Assembly: GCA_965153355.1 (NCBI GenBank)
Contig: OZ231126.1
Coordinates: forward strand, 15,686,001-15,750,000
Direction of reading: 5' to 3'
Source: Flaccisagitta enflata
Taxonomy: Eukaryota
Length of the DNA: 64,000 bases
Positions 29,001-50,435 of the stretch are shown piece after piece. Within the stretch, counting starts at the first letter, position 1. Each line of letters starts with the position of its first letter. The notes beneath the pieces are model-generated. The model ran no database searches. It saw nothing but the letters and a program-made list of their open reading frames with translations, and was not told the DNA's origin. Position numbers and translations under genes: made by a program.

Positions 29001-31738
29001 GCATAGGTTTTTCACATCGTAGGAGGGGACGCTAGTATCTATTGTTTTGGAGCATGGAGTAGAAGGTACAGTTACACACCGCTATACCGGACTCCTGAGT
29101 TATGAAAGTTGGCTCAAAACGAATAGCGAATTTTGGTTCTTACGTGTCATTTTTCTATTGGCAATATCAGAAATTTCTAACTGATGAATTTTCGCGGGGT
29201 TCAACTGTACAATAAGAACGATTTGTATGTTTTCAGCGATTTCTTTTTCACAGGCGCTGGCATTTGGTGTTTGGGTCAGGCGGAAGTGGCTTATCAGTTG
29301 ACGGCCATCGAGTCGTTCGCCTTTGGTTCTCTCATTTCCGCCGTGGATCCCGTGGCCACGCTCGCCATCTTCTCTGCGCTTGACATGGATCCCGTCCTTA
29401 ACATGTTGGTCTTTGGAGAGTCCATTCTCAATGACGCCGTCTCCATCGTCCTCACGTCGTAAGTATTTCAAGACAAAATCGGCAGTAGTTTGATCTAATC
29501 CTTTTGTGGCCTGACTGATACAATTTCAATTTAAGAAAGAGAAACATTTGCGGGTCCGTAATTCGTCGCGTTGATCAGTCTATCCGTCCGTCGTTTTTTT
29601 TTTCAAGTTTGTTACTCATACTCAAAGCCGTTTCTATATCATTGCTCCTGCCCAAATGACGAAACTGCCTCCAACGTCACTGCCCTCCGCCCCACTTGAA
29701 CCCATTTCAGATCTATCATAGCCATGGCTAATGAAAGTAAAGACAGTACGTCTTGGTTTCTCTTTTACGAAGCCGTTTCAAACTTCATCAAAACATTTTT
29801 CGCATCGGCAGCAATTGGTGTCGCCAGTGGCCTTATTTCTGCTTTGGTAGGTTTTGCTTTTTTACAAGTTGACGGGTTATATTTTGCAATACTAATCGAT
29901 TAAGGGGCGGTTTTGCCTTGATTGTCTGGAGGACAAGAAAAAAGATAAACTGGCTCAGATTAAAACGCCGCAGCACTATCTAGGAAAAAAGCGGCTCCGC
30001 CGCGACTGCTCTGCTTCTATTTTCTGTGCTGCTTTTCGTTTTTGCTCCGTTAGATTCTCAGTACACTCTTTTCTTTGACTTACCGTATTTTTTCCATTTT
30101 GCGCCCCCCCTCCAATTAGCGCCCCCCTCTTTTTCTCTTGGTGTTACACTTTTCAGAAGAGATTTGGACAGATATATTGAGTAAAATGATGAAATAACAT
30201 AACACAATGAACCATTTTCACTGACTTTCAAACAGATATATGCAATGAGTATCTCCATTTTGAGTCCAATTCAGCATTTTGATAGCCTTTTATCAAAAAA
30301 ATGGTCTGAATGACAGTTCATCTACAATTCAAAGAGGGCGCTAATTGAAAGGTTTAAAAGCAAATTGATATTTCAATTTCAAAAGCGCCCAGGGCGCTAA
30401 TTAGAAAAAAATATGGTAAGCGAACTAAGCTATGGGAATGGGAATATTCTTTGCGCAATGGAATGAAAGCCTTGAATGATTGAGGGAAGAGGAGAATTGA
30501 GTAAAATGATAATTGTACGGGTTGAAATTGATAAAATCTTAATGAAAGAGAGAAATTGAAGATCTATTTTTGACCTATGTGTATCATTAATCTCTTTTAC
30601 AGCTACTAAAACATGTTGATCTTCGGAAAACTCCGTCGCTGGAGTTCAGTATGATGTTAATATTTTGTTACCTTCCCTATTCATTTGCCGAAGGAATACA
30701 TCTCTCAGGTACACTCTTTTTTTTTTATAAGCACGCTCTTTTTTTGGCTGAGGCTGAGCGTGCTTATATCTTGTTTTCGAGGCTGAAATGTGCTTAATGG
30801 CGTGCTTATCATTTATCGGTAAATAATTATCCTATTCAGTATAGATTAATGTACATAGTAGGGTATAGAAAACAGTTCAGCATAAAGTATTGTATAGTAT
30901 GAAATAAAGTACAGTACAAAATACAGTGATGAATGTATTTTGCAAAAAGTATAGTAATTTCTGACGTTGTCCTACTTTTATATAAACTATGGGATGAAAT
31001 TTGTATCTTGATTTGCTATAAACTTTTTTAGATTTTTTTATTATGATATATTTTGATATACTTTGTTGCACACTTCATATTATTCCTTTATTGTGGTTCT
31101 TGTTACAGCAATAAATTCGTAATAACAATAGTATGTACGTAATGATATCTTAAATATCGTTAAAAATTCAATTATTGATATCAGTATCAAAATCCTGAAT
31201 GTATTGACAGAATGAAATTATAGATGATTTTAATTTCTATCAAAGTTTTCATTGTTTTTTGTGAAATTCCCACCAAAAAAGTTTAAAAATTAACAAATCT
31301 TAAGATATTCCCCAAAAAAATTTTTTGAATCGGAAATCTCAGCCTGGAGCGTGCTTAGCAATGTGCTTAAATTTTCCCAATATCTGAGGCTGGGCGTGCT
31401 TATAAACGAGGTGCTTATAAAAAAAAAATCAGGTATGTGAATTCGGTCATCTGTCGTTCGCATTATGGACGAATATACCCTGATAATACCTTTTCAGTTT
31501 TCATGATTATCTGCCTTTCCCTTTTCTACTTTCATCAGGAATCATGGCTATACTGTTTTGTGGAATCGTCATGTCTCATTACACCCATTTTAACCTTTCT
31601 CCCGTGACGCAAATCACTGTACAACAAACTTTTCGAACACTCGCTTTTTTGGCGGAAACCGCCGTCTTTGCTTATTTGGGTTTAGCTATCTTTTCTTTCA
31701 GTCACGATGTTCGACCGGCCTTCGTTGTATGGACAATT
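23076..31738 (+). CDS. SLC9A8: Sodium/hydrogen exchanger 8 (NHE8-like); start exon uncertain (~22890-22990), 3' exons lost at the N-gap
   Basis: Exons 23076-23568, 23709-23908, 24418-24510, 24618-24818, 29254-29458, 29711-29846, 30603-30708, 31539-31738, all GT-AG and in phase. Diagnostic peptides: [118 protein letters not shown]. Confidence 0.93.
23941..24323. mobile_element. MITE in NHE8 intron
   Basis: TIRs AATATAAGATGTGAACCCCC..GTAGCACCCCCTCT / AGAGGGGGTGCTAC..GGGGGTTCACACCTTATATT, plus an internal inverted segment. Confidence 0.8.
25170..26552 (-). CDS. Class I SAM-dependent O-methyltransferase (COMTD1/caffeoyl-CoA OMT-like, Methyltransf_3), nested in NHE8 intron
   Basis: Exons 26552-26410, 26024-25837, 25737-25568, 25358-25170(TGA), all GT-AG and in phase. 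Motifs [48 protein letters not shown]. Confidence 0.92.
26110..26265 (+). mobile_element. DINE-1/Helentron-associated-like element in OMT intron
   Basis: TTTTTAGTCGCGGACACGCGACT 5' palindrome, (GTCC/GTCG)n tract, 3' GCCGTGTATCCGGCCTTGTTT stem-loop. Confidence 0.7.
26655..28845 (-). CDS. CRT-like (chloroquine-resistance-transporter-like, DMT superfamily) membrane transporter, nested in NHE8 intron; frameshifted as assembled
   Basis: Exons 28845-28578, 28418-28188, 28096-27880, 27309-26997, 26860-26655. Multi-TM protein with [65 protein letters not shown] and an N-terminal EREPLM sorting-like motif. A 25-nt tandem duplication at 27015-27067 breaks the frame. Confidence 0.75.
27330..27749. mobile_element. 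MITE with TA-CACT termini in CRT-like intron
   Basis: TACACTTTATTTTGAGTAAGGAC ... GTCCTTATTAAAAATAAAGAGTGTA; related to 30712-31433. Confidence 0.65.
30083..30416. mobile_element. pogo/Tc1-type MITE (TA-CCGTA termini); second copy at 55985-56326
   Basis: TA|CCGTATTTTTT ... AAAAAATATGG|TA with internal GCGCCCCC/GGGCGC motifs. Confidence 0.75.
30712..31433. mobile_element. MITE inserted at an NHE8 splice donor
   Basis: Imperfect TIRs TTTTTTATAAGCAC / GTGCTTATAAAAAA; TCAGGTA is present on both sides. Confidence 0.65.
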
Positions 31739-32258
31739 GTGAGTAAAATGAAAATGATAGTGATGATCGTTTGTGTGTGCTTTAATGGTTTTCTTGCGAT
31801 CAGGTGTTTAGAGGAACGAGCCCAAAACAGGGCAAAAGTCACGGACGGTTGGGCAATGGGCCGGGGCAGTACTATCATACAACAAAACTACAGTACAACA
31901 CTACAACATTATCTAGACCTTACAATAACCTAAAAAACCTAAAAAAGAAAGACAGCACTTGATTCAAAAATATTTCGGACGGATGTACGGACCGACATGG
32001 CAAGATGTAGAGTCGCGTGTCCGCGACTTAAAATTGAAAAAAATGAACATTTAAAAATGCTTGAATTATGTAACAGGTCGCCCAAGGGCAATATATGGTC
32101 AGCGATACCTGCTGCCCTGCTTTGCACCAAATGCTCCGCTGGCCTAAATCATGGATCATGCCCACCAGCACGCGACTGCAGTAGGCGTGTATCTTGCCTT
32201 GTTTCTTTCTTTCTTTCTTTCTTTCTTTTCTTCTTCTTCTTTAGTCTCGGACATGCGA

Positions 32259-32291
32259 NNNNNNNNNNNNNNNNNNNNNNNNNNNNNNNNN
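32259..32291. other. Assembly gap (33 N)
   Basis: Run of N. The NHE8 3' exons and the secernin first exon are both absent across it. Confidence 0.98.
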
Positions 32292-32396
32292 CTACCCGTC
32301 TGTAATCCAAGTACAAGGCGGACCGACCAACACAGCACGCGACTGAAATAATAAGTTATCGCGGATTGAAATCCGCTTCTTCACCTTATTACTCAG

Positions 32397-39154
<6,758 letters not shown>

Positions 39155-42100
39155 GTAGTTGGCATTTCTGATTAGAGGAAGATAAATTGAACAGGACTGA
39201 TCAAATTCTCTCGATATTTATAACCGGTTTCGCAGTTCAATTAAAAAGCAGTAAGGCAGACGGCAGAACCCCTTAATACCGACTGACAAACACCGTAAAT
39301 TACGCCACTGCACTTGGTAATGTTTCTGTAAATATTGCAATCATCTCCTGGTATTGAGGTCAGCTACACGTTAGACTATGCGTGTGAATTAGCTGTTGCA
39401 GCATGTAACATTCGGGTGTGTCAATATACAAAAGGTTTTTTGTCAAAACTGTCAACATTAAAAGTAGTATGTATAAAGTACTTTTCCATCAAACTCAAAA
39501 GTGACAGCTCGGAACCCCAAGCATCCCATACCCATACCCATACCCACATGGGAATGGGGCTCAGTGACCTTTCACGTTTTTCACGCGACTCAAAAATGGT
39601 ACTCGTGTCAGAGAGCTCTCATAACCTGAGGCAGAGAACAAAAGAGCCGGACATTTTCACTCATCACACATTATGACTGAATCCAAATGGGAATGGGGCT
39701 CCGAACTGATTTCCACTCCCAACCCCAAAAGAGAGCATCATGACCAGATCAAAATAGAAATGGGGCTCCAAATCATTGGCCGTTGTCTTATACTTCGAGA
39801 CCTAATCATTCACACCCGTCTGATTTCTTCCCCCTTTTTCATGCAACAAAAGTTCTTGTGTCAGGATATTCTTATTTGTTTTTGTCATGCGGGTGTAACA
39901 TGAGTTTGTGGTCTCCTATTTCCCTGCCTTATTTGATTCCACCTCTTCTTTATTTCATGTGCTCTTATGATCTGTTGTTCTTATTTGCAAATTGAGGTTT
40001 TTCTTTTGTGACAAAAAAAACTTGTCATGACTCCTACTTTTTAAGCGACTTAAAAAATTGGTTCTTGTGTCAGAGAACCTCATAACCTGAGGCATGAAAC
40101 AAGAGAGCCGGACATTTTCACTCCCCCCGGCCGGCCAAGCCCGCGCGCATCTGCCCTTTTCACTTTGTGAAAAGGGCAGATGAAGAAGCGCGAACTTGGT
40201 CGGACTGTGGGGAGTGATGAAAATAGGGATAAGAAAACTGTCAACATGTTAAATTTGTAATGTTCTATCTTTTATGACCCTCGCTATTTTGAGTCATAGT
40301 TGACAAAATGTTCACCACAAAATAAGTTGTGAACATTTTTGGTGAGGGTTGGCATCATCAAAACTATATAGAAGCCATTTGGTAGAATGGGTTAAGCACT
40401 ACATGAATGAGTTGGCTTATTTCTTCTTTTGTTTTAATTCTCTTTTTTCTTCCTCAACTTTCTTTTGATCTATGGTTTGAGTTGCTTTCCTAGAATGACT
40501 TTATTCCTTGTTTCTTTTGTTGCCTGTATATTGATTTAGCATAATAAAGATTGGAATTCATGCAATAGAGGATTGAAAGAAAAATAGAGAGAACCAAGTA
40601 ATTTGGTGTATGGTTTTTATTTTAACAAGGCCAAGTAGGGCAATAAGGTGCGACATGTGGATTGTTGAACAAATGCGTTACCCGACCAATTGACAGACGG
40701 ACAGAGCCAGTGATAGAGGTGCTTTGTCGCACCTAAAAAGTTGGAAAAATGGATTTTGACCCTCATATTGTATTTCAACTGCTTGCATCATCACAAGAAT
40801 ATAAAAAAAATTATGATGGTCAAAAGTAATTTGCCTTCTTTTCCATATGACAAAAATAGGCTCTCCCATTAGGAAACTTCTTTTATCTTTTTGGTTTTTT
40901 GAAATCTCTTCCTCTTCTTTCTAAATGAGTGATATTTTATAGCCCTTATAGTTTTGACTTTAGGTTGTGAACAAGATGCACCCGGACTGATTAAGATATG
41001 GAAATCTTTGAGGGGGGTTCGTATCATGAAGAGTTAATGTGTTAGCATATTTGCATGGTTATATGGATTTTTAGGTTTGAAATAAAAAAAGAATTATGCA
41101 GAGAGTAAAAAGAATTAAAAGAGCATTTTAGATAAAAAGTTAGAAAAGTCCCTGTTACATTTGTGTGCTTTTGCATGGTGTATGCTCTTTTGAAAATTAA
41201 CCAGTTAATGTTTTGCTGTGGTGTCAATGGAAAAATGTTTAAACATTAGAGCAATGTGCAAAAAAGTTTTCTTTATTTCTCTCTTCTTATCCTTAGTTTC
41301 ATATGGAGTTGGTTTATAAGGTTATGGAATTGAATTTTAATTCTTGAGGAAATGGTCATGACATACATGGAGTTGGAATTTAGTAAAAAGTTGCTGCTAA
41401 ATCTTATGCCAAAGGTTTGACAAACCAGACTAAATGACACAAAAAAAAATCAGGTACAACCATTCTTTGTTTTTGGGTTTTTTAAAAATGGGATAATAAA
41501 TTTTTCTCTTGAAATGATAGATGCAAATATTTAAGAATATTAAGTTGATATTTTAGTGATACTTTCTTGATCCTCATGTTTTGATAGTTTTTTCGTTACC
41601 TAATGTTTTGTGACTAATTTAAAAAATCTTGACTAGGATGATTTTTTTGAATTTTTAATGCAGTATGTTTATAGATTGTCATTTAAGTTTGGTTTTTTTT
41701 AGGTGTAATTTGATTCATTTTTATTTGTGTAAAAAATTTGGTAGGGTTCAGTAAGATAGTAAGGAGAAAATAGGAATAACTTTCTTTTCTCATTTTCCTG
41801 AAATCTGAAAGTTGGTTCTTTTTTCTCTCTAATTTTTTTTTCAAAAAAAGGGGAGAACTAAATTGGTGTAAGACATCATCACTCCTGGTTGTATGCTGTG
41901 TTGTGCTGTTTTGTATTGAGTGAATGATTCAAGTCAAAACTATCTTTGTTTGGTGTATTTTTTGTGATAGGTGGAATAATATCTCTCACCATACTGCCAA
42001 ACTGAAATTGATGGAAAGTTGCCTTGTGATGGGATAAGAGAGAAGATTGCAGCCAAAATGAAACCTGAAATTATTATACTCATTTTTAGATGATTTTATT

Positions 42101-45100
42101 GTGAATCATTTATAGTGACCATTTGTGACAATATTTATGAAAAAGAGAGATCACCACAAACATAAAAATATCCTCCTTTCTTTGTAAAGTGGGAATATCA
42201 GAGAAATGCATCTAATTTTTTCTTTTATTCCTATTTTGGTATATAGAAAAAAGAGGTAAAAAGTCTGCAGTGGCAAACAGGTGTAGAGTGACTGACTACC
42301 ACCTTTCCATAATGGAATGAGGCAACCCTTATTATATTTGACTGGGATAAAAAGGAAGGAACAGGTTCTTATGTCAGGAAGTAGTGGTGACTAAAAAGAA
42401 AAAGGGTTGCAGACTTGGTTTGGTATGGCTTACCGCTTACTACATGGCAAGATGGAGTTTGACAAGGGTAACCTTTTTGGGAGATCAAAAACTAGAGAAA
42501 AAGTGGAACTAGAGTTATTTTTTATGGTTTGCATATCAGGAGGGTCTCATGACTAAGGGTGAAGCAGCAGTTTGGTTGTGCTGATTGACAAATATTCCTG
42601 CCTTCATAACCGTTTGGGTATCAACTTTAGTAAACAAGATGCGCCACCACAAATTAAGATATGAAAATCTTTGGGGGGCTTGGCACCAGAAAGATATGAC
42701 GACTTGAGTGATTGGGGTTTCCTATCATCGGTTAAGTCAATGGTCTTTAAAAATTCTGTATTCATCTATTTAGGAACAATGATATTCTAAAGTAAAGAAT
42801 AAGAAGGGATAAGAATTTCACTATTGAAACAAAATTAAGTGTATTTCTATAATGTTTGAAAAGGAAATATATGTGCACCAATTTGAAACTGGAAATAATT
42901 TTAGTTTTGGGAGTTATGTTAAGGGAGAAATGAAAAAAAGAAGGATGCAATATGCAAATAAGTTGGTGCTATTCCTCTTTCCTCATCCCTTTGTTCTTCC
43001 TTTATTTCTTTGTTTAAGTCTCACGTTGAGTTGAGTATACAGAATGACTCTTTCCTCCCCCTCAGGCGCGTTGTGTTGTGAAGAGGAATTGATGAATAGA
43101 TTGCCATTCTTTTAGCGTTAGAGGAGGAAAACTTAATGTGGTGAATGGTTTGTTCATATTGGTCTTGGGTTATGTGATCTTATGAAGGGAGCGCAATTGG
43201 TTATATCTTTCATAACTAGTTTTGGATTACACCTCTCTGATGTCATCTCTCTTACCACTAGATAATTTTGATTTGTGACTGAAATCAGTTGATGAGCAAA
43301 ATCAAGGTGAAAAAAAGTTGTCTCTACAACAGCTTATCAAAATTAGACAAGGTAGTTTGTTTATTGATTTTTTTCTTATTACTATCTTCTTCATATGTCT
43401 TGCTCATAAAAATCTAGAAACCAGCCAGATAGTATAGAAAGAATTGAATGAGCTTAGGGTTGGAAAATTGGAAATACAAGATCTATGAGAATGGTGTATA
43501 AATGATTCATGGATTCAAACCTACAGTTTTTCAAAATATTATGAGAGCAGTGATTATCATATGTGGCCAAGGGCATAACATTTGAAAGTCATATTCATGA
43601 ATTAATTAGTGCCAGTGTTTGTGTGTGTGTTTATTCTTTACCTGTGTATTTTGAAAGTTGAATGATATATACTCTGTTTTGGTTGTACTGTATTTGATAA
43701 AGTAAAAAAAAAAGAGCAGATGAACAGAAGGAAGATAGGTACAATGCAATGGTGTCATTCTATGCAAATTCTAGATTTACATGGTTTGGGAATGATAGTT
43801 ACTTCTTTTTTTAAATCCTGTAGTTGATACTCTTTCTAGAAGAGGAGGGTTAAATTGTTGTGCTTGTTGCTTTCTTTTGATTACTTGCCTGATATTATAT
43901 TTAGATTTCTAATTTACTTTTTTTTAACCCATGTTTAAAAAAAGAAGAGTAGCCTAAAAGAAAGCTGGTGTCACAACATTTGATTATTATCACTGAACTG
44001 CTTTGTGACAGTGACACAATTGAAAAAAAGAAGAAAGTGTTGCTGACCACCTGTTGAATTAAGAGGTTGATGAGTATTTATTGCATGCAACAATGAAATA
44101 AGGGAAAGAAGGTTATGTTTCAGGTAATTGGTGATCAGCAGGAGAGGAAAAAAAGAGTCGCAGACACATCACCATTAGAGATGTGGATTGGCTTACCCCC
44201 TGCCAACTAATGAATGAGTGTGATATTTCTAGAGGACTAAAAAGATAAAAAATAAAAAGATGGGTCTCGTATTGGGAAACCCTATGAGTCTCATGACTGA
44301 AAGTGAAACAGGTCAACTCAGAATTCTCACTTACCCAATAGGCTTATGCTGAGTGTATATATGCATAAGGCCTCATGGGTGAGTGTTTATGATTATGTTA
44401 CTAAAACGGTGTTCATAATAGATGCTTTCTTCTTCATTCCCTTTCTCCTTTGCCACCTTTCTTCTTTGCCCCTTTCTTTTTTGCCCCCTTTCTTCTTTGC
44501 CCCCTTTCTTCTTTGCCCCCTTTCTTTGCCCATGCATTTTGGAGCTGAAGGCCTCAGGTTCTACCCGTTTCTAAAGGATAAAAAGAAATGAAGGAGGAGA
44601 AAAAAAGATGATGGAAGTTTTTTTGTCTATATTGGTGTAATGTGTGCTGTGCCAAATGGTTGTGCCCTTTTGTTGTGGGCATGAATGACACCTTTTTTAT
44701 TCATATTCCATTAGATGTAGTTCCTAGTTGCTAATAAGCAAAACTGAAAGGATAGAGGTAAAGGGGAACTGCCTCTGAAACATTTATGGAAACAGCATAA
44801 AGTAGTTGCTTTTTCATTCATTTATGATGAGTTGGTGATCATCATTATTTTTCCTTATATTTTAGTTGTGGACAGACAACTAAAAACCATTTTTGGTTAG
44901 TCTGTTGATTGGTTGTAGTTCTATTTTTAGGTTCTGTCCTGCATACTCATTTGTGACTTTGGTTGGTCGGTTGATTGGTTATAGTTCTTTTTTAGGTTCT
45001 CTGTCGTACTCACCCATTTGTGACTTATGTTGCAGTGTATCCAACCTTTGATATCTAGTGTATTTTTGAAATGAAAAAGAAACAAACACGGGGCCAACAA

Positions 45101-45889
45101 AAAAAAAAGGAAAAGAAAAAATGGACCAGAGTTAAGTTAAAATTCTTTGATGTTTGGATCTAGGTATCAGTTTCTGCTAAATCATAAGCCAATGGTTTGC
45201 GGAATAATTGGGTAAAGCTGTTTAGTAAAATTTTTGCTGGTGTTAGATGAGATCAGTAAAAAAATAGGGCAATGAAAGTGGAGGAAGTTATATCTTTCCT
45301 CACTATTTCCAGTCGTTTGTGGTGTCTCAACTTTTTTATTATTTTCTTAGTTAACTGTAATTTAATTTTCTTTTCTTCTTTTTCCTTTCACTTCAAGGAA
45401 TGGGAGAATTGAATTTTTTGAGATAACCTATTAACTTTGCTGGATTTTTGATTGTGCATCATTTGTTTCCTATTGAATGTATATTTCTCTAGTTTTGCTT
45501 TCATTGCCAACCTGTTTGTGCAAAAACGTGAGTACAAAAGAGAAAGCTGCTTTTAAGATATGATCATGCTGATTTTTTTTAGCTTGTTTTCTTCTATGTA
45601 GGAACATATAAAGTATGTTTGAATTTTTTTTCCTTTTCTTGTATTATAGAACAAGAATAAAAAAGAAAGACAGCAAAAGAAAAAACAAAGGAAAAAATGA
45701 ATAAAGCCTGATACACAACCACTCAAGTCTTGTGTGTGTGGGCGGGGGCTGTATTGAGGTCACTAGATATTTGTGCAGGAGCATGGGGCAAAAAAAAAAA
45801 AAGTTCTTTAGCACCTGACCTAAGATACCAAGAAAGAGTTGAGAGTTTGGATAACCATTAGAGTTTTTGTGAAGACAGATAAAGAAGGA

Positions 45890-47160
<1,271 letters not shown>

Positions 47161-47853
47161 ATGTATTTGCTCACTATCTTTTTTCAGTTTTGGTTGTTAA
47201 GTTATGTAATGAAAATAAAAAATAAAATGGAATAAGAAATACTTTTATTTAAGGCTGGGTAAAATTAGAGAATAAAACTGTACAAAACTCAACTCCCTAA
47301 TATATTCTATTAATTAAAAGGTCAAATGATGCTTGATTGAAATGGGAAAAGTTTAATTTTAGGGAATAGGTATCTCTTTACGTAAAACTGGCTAAAAAAT
47401 TTACAGTTTTTGTTAAAGGTTTAACACAAAATGTTCATTATTCAGTTAAAAGTCTAACAAAGCAAAAGGTGAAAGATTGTTTTTATTTTCTTTTTGTAAG
47501 TGGTAAATATACATCAACCTAAATTTAGACTGGTTTATTTACTTTTTTTGTAATTGTTTTACTATCTTCAAAAAGTTTCATACAAACAAAAAACCTTGAT
47601 TAAGTATTGTTTCTCAATATATTAGGCTACAGATTGGTCCTATTTTCAAAAATTATACAAGGGATTGTGTGCTTTTCAGGATGAGTTGTATGACTAAAAA
47701 GTGCAGTTAAAAAGTGAATATTTAGGATATATAAAAACAAACATAGAAAAAAAAAATTGTTGAGAGAAGGAACCCATATGATCGTAAAGAAAAAGGAAGA
47801 CACAAGAAAAATAGAGGAAAGAAATAAAATGATGATAGACTTTTTGCTAGAGG

Positions 47854-47897
<44 letters not shown>

Positions 47898-50348
47898 GCA
47901 GATGGTTTTCTTTGTAAAAGAAAAGTTAAAGTAGACAACACACAATTCATGTAAGCTTATATCTGATTTTTTATTAGTGGTATTGCTCAAAATTATCTAA
48001 AAAAAGAATCCATCTAAAAATTGAATTATGAAAAAAGTATAGCCAAAGAACCCCTATACATTGTAACCACCACCCACCATCTTGCCTAAAACCCTAGAGA
48101 CCAAAATCCTTGTATATTTTCTATAGAATATAATCAACAGGAATGTCAGGGTTAAATATTTGTGGTTGATTAGAATGAGTCTAGATCAACATTACCAATA
48201 TGTGCAGCAACAATGAAATGTTATTTTTTGTTTATCTGGTTAATAAAAGGGACAAAGAGTTATAGTAAAATAGCTATAGAGAACAGCTATAGTAAAATTG
48301 CCAATAGAAGAATTGATTCTGGAAATTACCACACAGCAGAATGGGACAACCTTAGCTGCCAAAGTGCTGCTTAACACAGATAACAATGCTAAATAATGAT
48401 ATTTACTCCTTGACTTTTAGTCCTTGCTTAACCTTACACAAATCTTTGAAGCAAAAAGGGTGGTTTTCAATATTTCCAAGAGTTAATGTATTTCATCATA
48501 TTGATTTTTCCCCTGCCCCTCTACCTCTGCCACATGTCCCCGCTTCTGTTCCATGTAGCTTGCCACACAGAATCTTCACCTCTACCAAAAAGTAAGAAAA
48601 GGTTGGAGAAAATGATATACTAGTATCAGTGAAGAGTTAGATTTTGGCAATTTATTTCTGTTATGACCACTGTCTATTCTAAGTTATCTAGTGGAAAAAA
48701 TGTTTTTCCAGTGAAGAGTTTTTTGTTTGTGTGTTTTTTTTTCTTGGTTAATTGGGTGAATTTTTCTATTATCATAAAACAAAAGTATGGAACAACATTC
48801 GTAGTCAAATATTTGGGTAACAAGGGCCAGTAAGCTGCTTGATGTGCAAGGTGAATGATTAGAGGAAACAATTGGATATAGAGGTATATTTGTTCACTTG
48901 AAAACAACAAATTAGAGAATAAATGATATGAACATGCATCTCATATCATCTATGTTTTTTTTACATGATATAAAACATATCTATTTTTCGTTTACATGAT
49001 ACAGAAGTATATATGGAATGATGATTTTGATTAATTAGTGTAATAAAGAGGGCTAGATAGATAAATAAAAAAAACATTTCCTGAATAAATATTGCAAATA
49101 GATTGCTTCCTTTTTTTTTTTTTTATGTTATTATATTGTTTCTTTATCCCTTCTTATTGGGAACACCTCAATCTATGAAAGAGAGTAAAAAACAGGTTAA
49201 TTTCATGAAAGAGTAAAAACCACTTCTATTATTGACAATGGGCATTGTTGTACTCTTCATTGTGGTTGTGTCACAAAAGGGGGGAGGCAAAAATGTTATG
49301 TTGGTGTGGCAAACAATTGTAATAGTTAATTTGAATTTAGGCAATGAAAGGTATGTTGGACTTTTTTAAGGAGTATTGTTCTCTTAAAACAAGACAAGTT
49401 AAGTGAAAAGACTTTGTTGCCTCAAGGGTAAAGGGGCAGGATGCAACCTTTATGGTTTTGAAAAATGAGGATGAGGGGAAAAAAAGAGGAGATCCAAACC
49501 TTTGTTCAAAAGGGGAATGAATTATAGAAAATAGAATCTGATGATTTGGTAAATAACCTCATCTTTATTCATCAATAGATGGTACAAGATTGCATCCAGT
49601 AAATTTTTTGACAGGAAAAAAGAACAATGTGATTTTTATTCATAGATAATTTAAAAAAGATTCCATTAAATAATAAAGTTTTTTGTTTGTCTGTGACACT
49701 ATTACCACCTCTAAAGTGTTTCTATAGGATAAGGGAAAACAGATGAGAAAAAAAGGAAAGAAAAAAAGAACTGGTAACATAGAGGGTAAAACTAAACAGT
49801 GAATTTGTATTATAGTTTTTTTGGGATAGAATATTCTGTAGGCTATGTATTTAAAAAACTGTATGCATTTTGCTGCTCCTTTTGCAGAGCTACATTTTTT
49901 TGAGGGGTAAAGATATGTTATCAATAAGGCTGATGGGAGCCTTTAAACAATGATCAGTTAACATGTAAACTTTAAGCACAAAACTAGTCTGATCTATAAA
50001 CAACTTCTCATATATCGTTGTACACACAATATGATGTAGCCAATCTATTGTTGTACGTTGCATTAATGATTTTTCTTTTTTTTCTTTTAGCATTGAAAAA
50101 AAAAAGGAAAGATCCATCAAACCTTATGTTGACAGCTCAGACCACCATCAAATCAGATGATGGTGCACCAGGGTGGTCTCCTCTTTTTTTACGCGACTGC
50201 GACACACACACCCAAATTCTTATCATGCTCTGCATCATTTTTTTGTTTTGCAGTGCCAAAGAGGATATATCAATTTTGACAGCTCAGACTACCATCCAAT
50301 CAGCTGATGCTGCTCCAAACTGGCGCCCTCTTTTTTTTTTTTAATGCA

Positions 50349-50353
<5 letters not shown>

Positions 50354-50428
<75 letters not shown>
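50354..50428. repeat. (CA)n microsatellite
   Basis: Seen directly. Confidence 0.95.
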
Positions 50429-50435
<7 letters not shown>

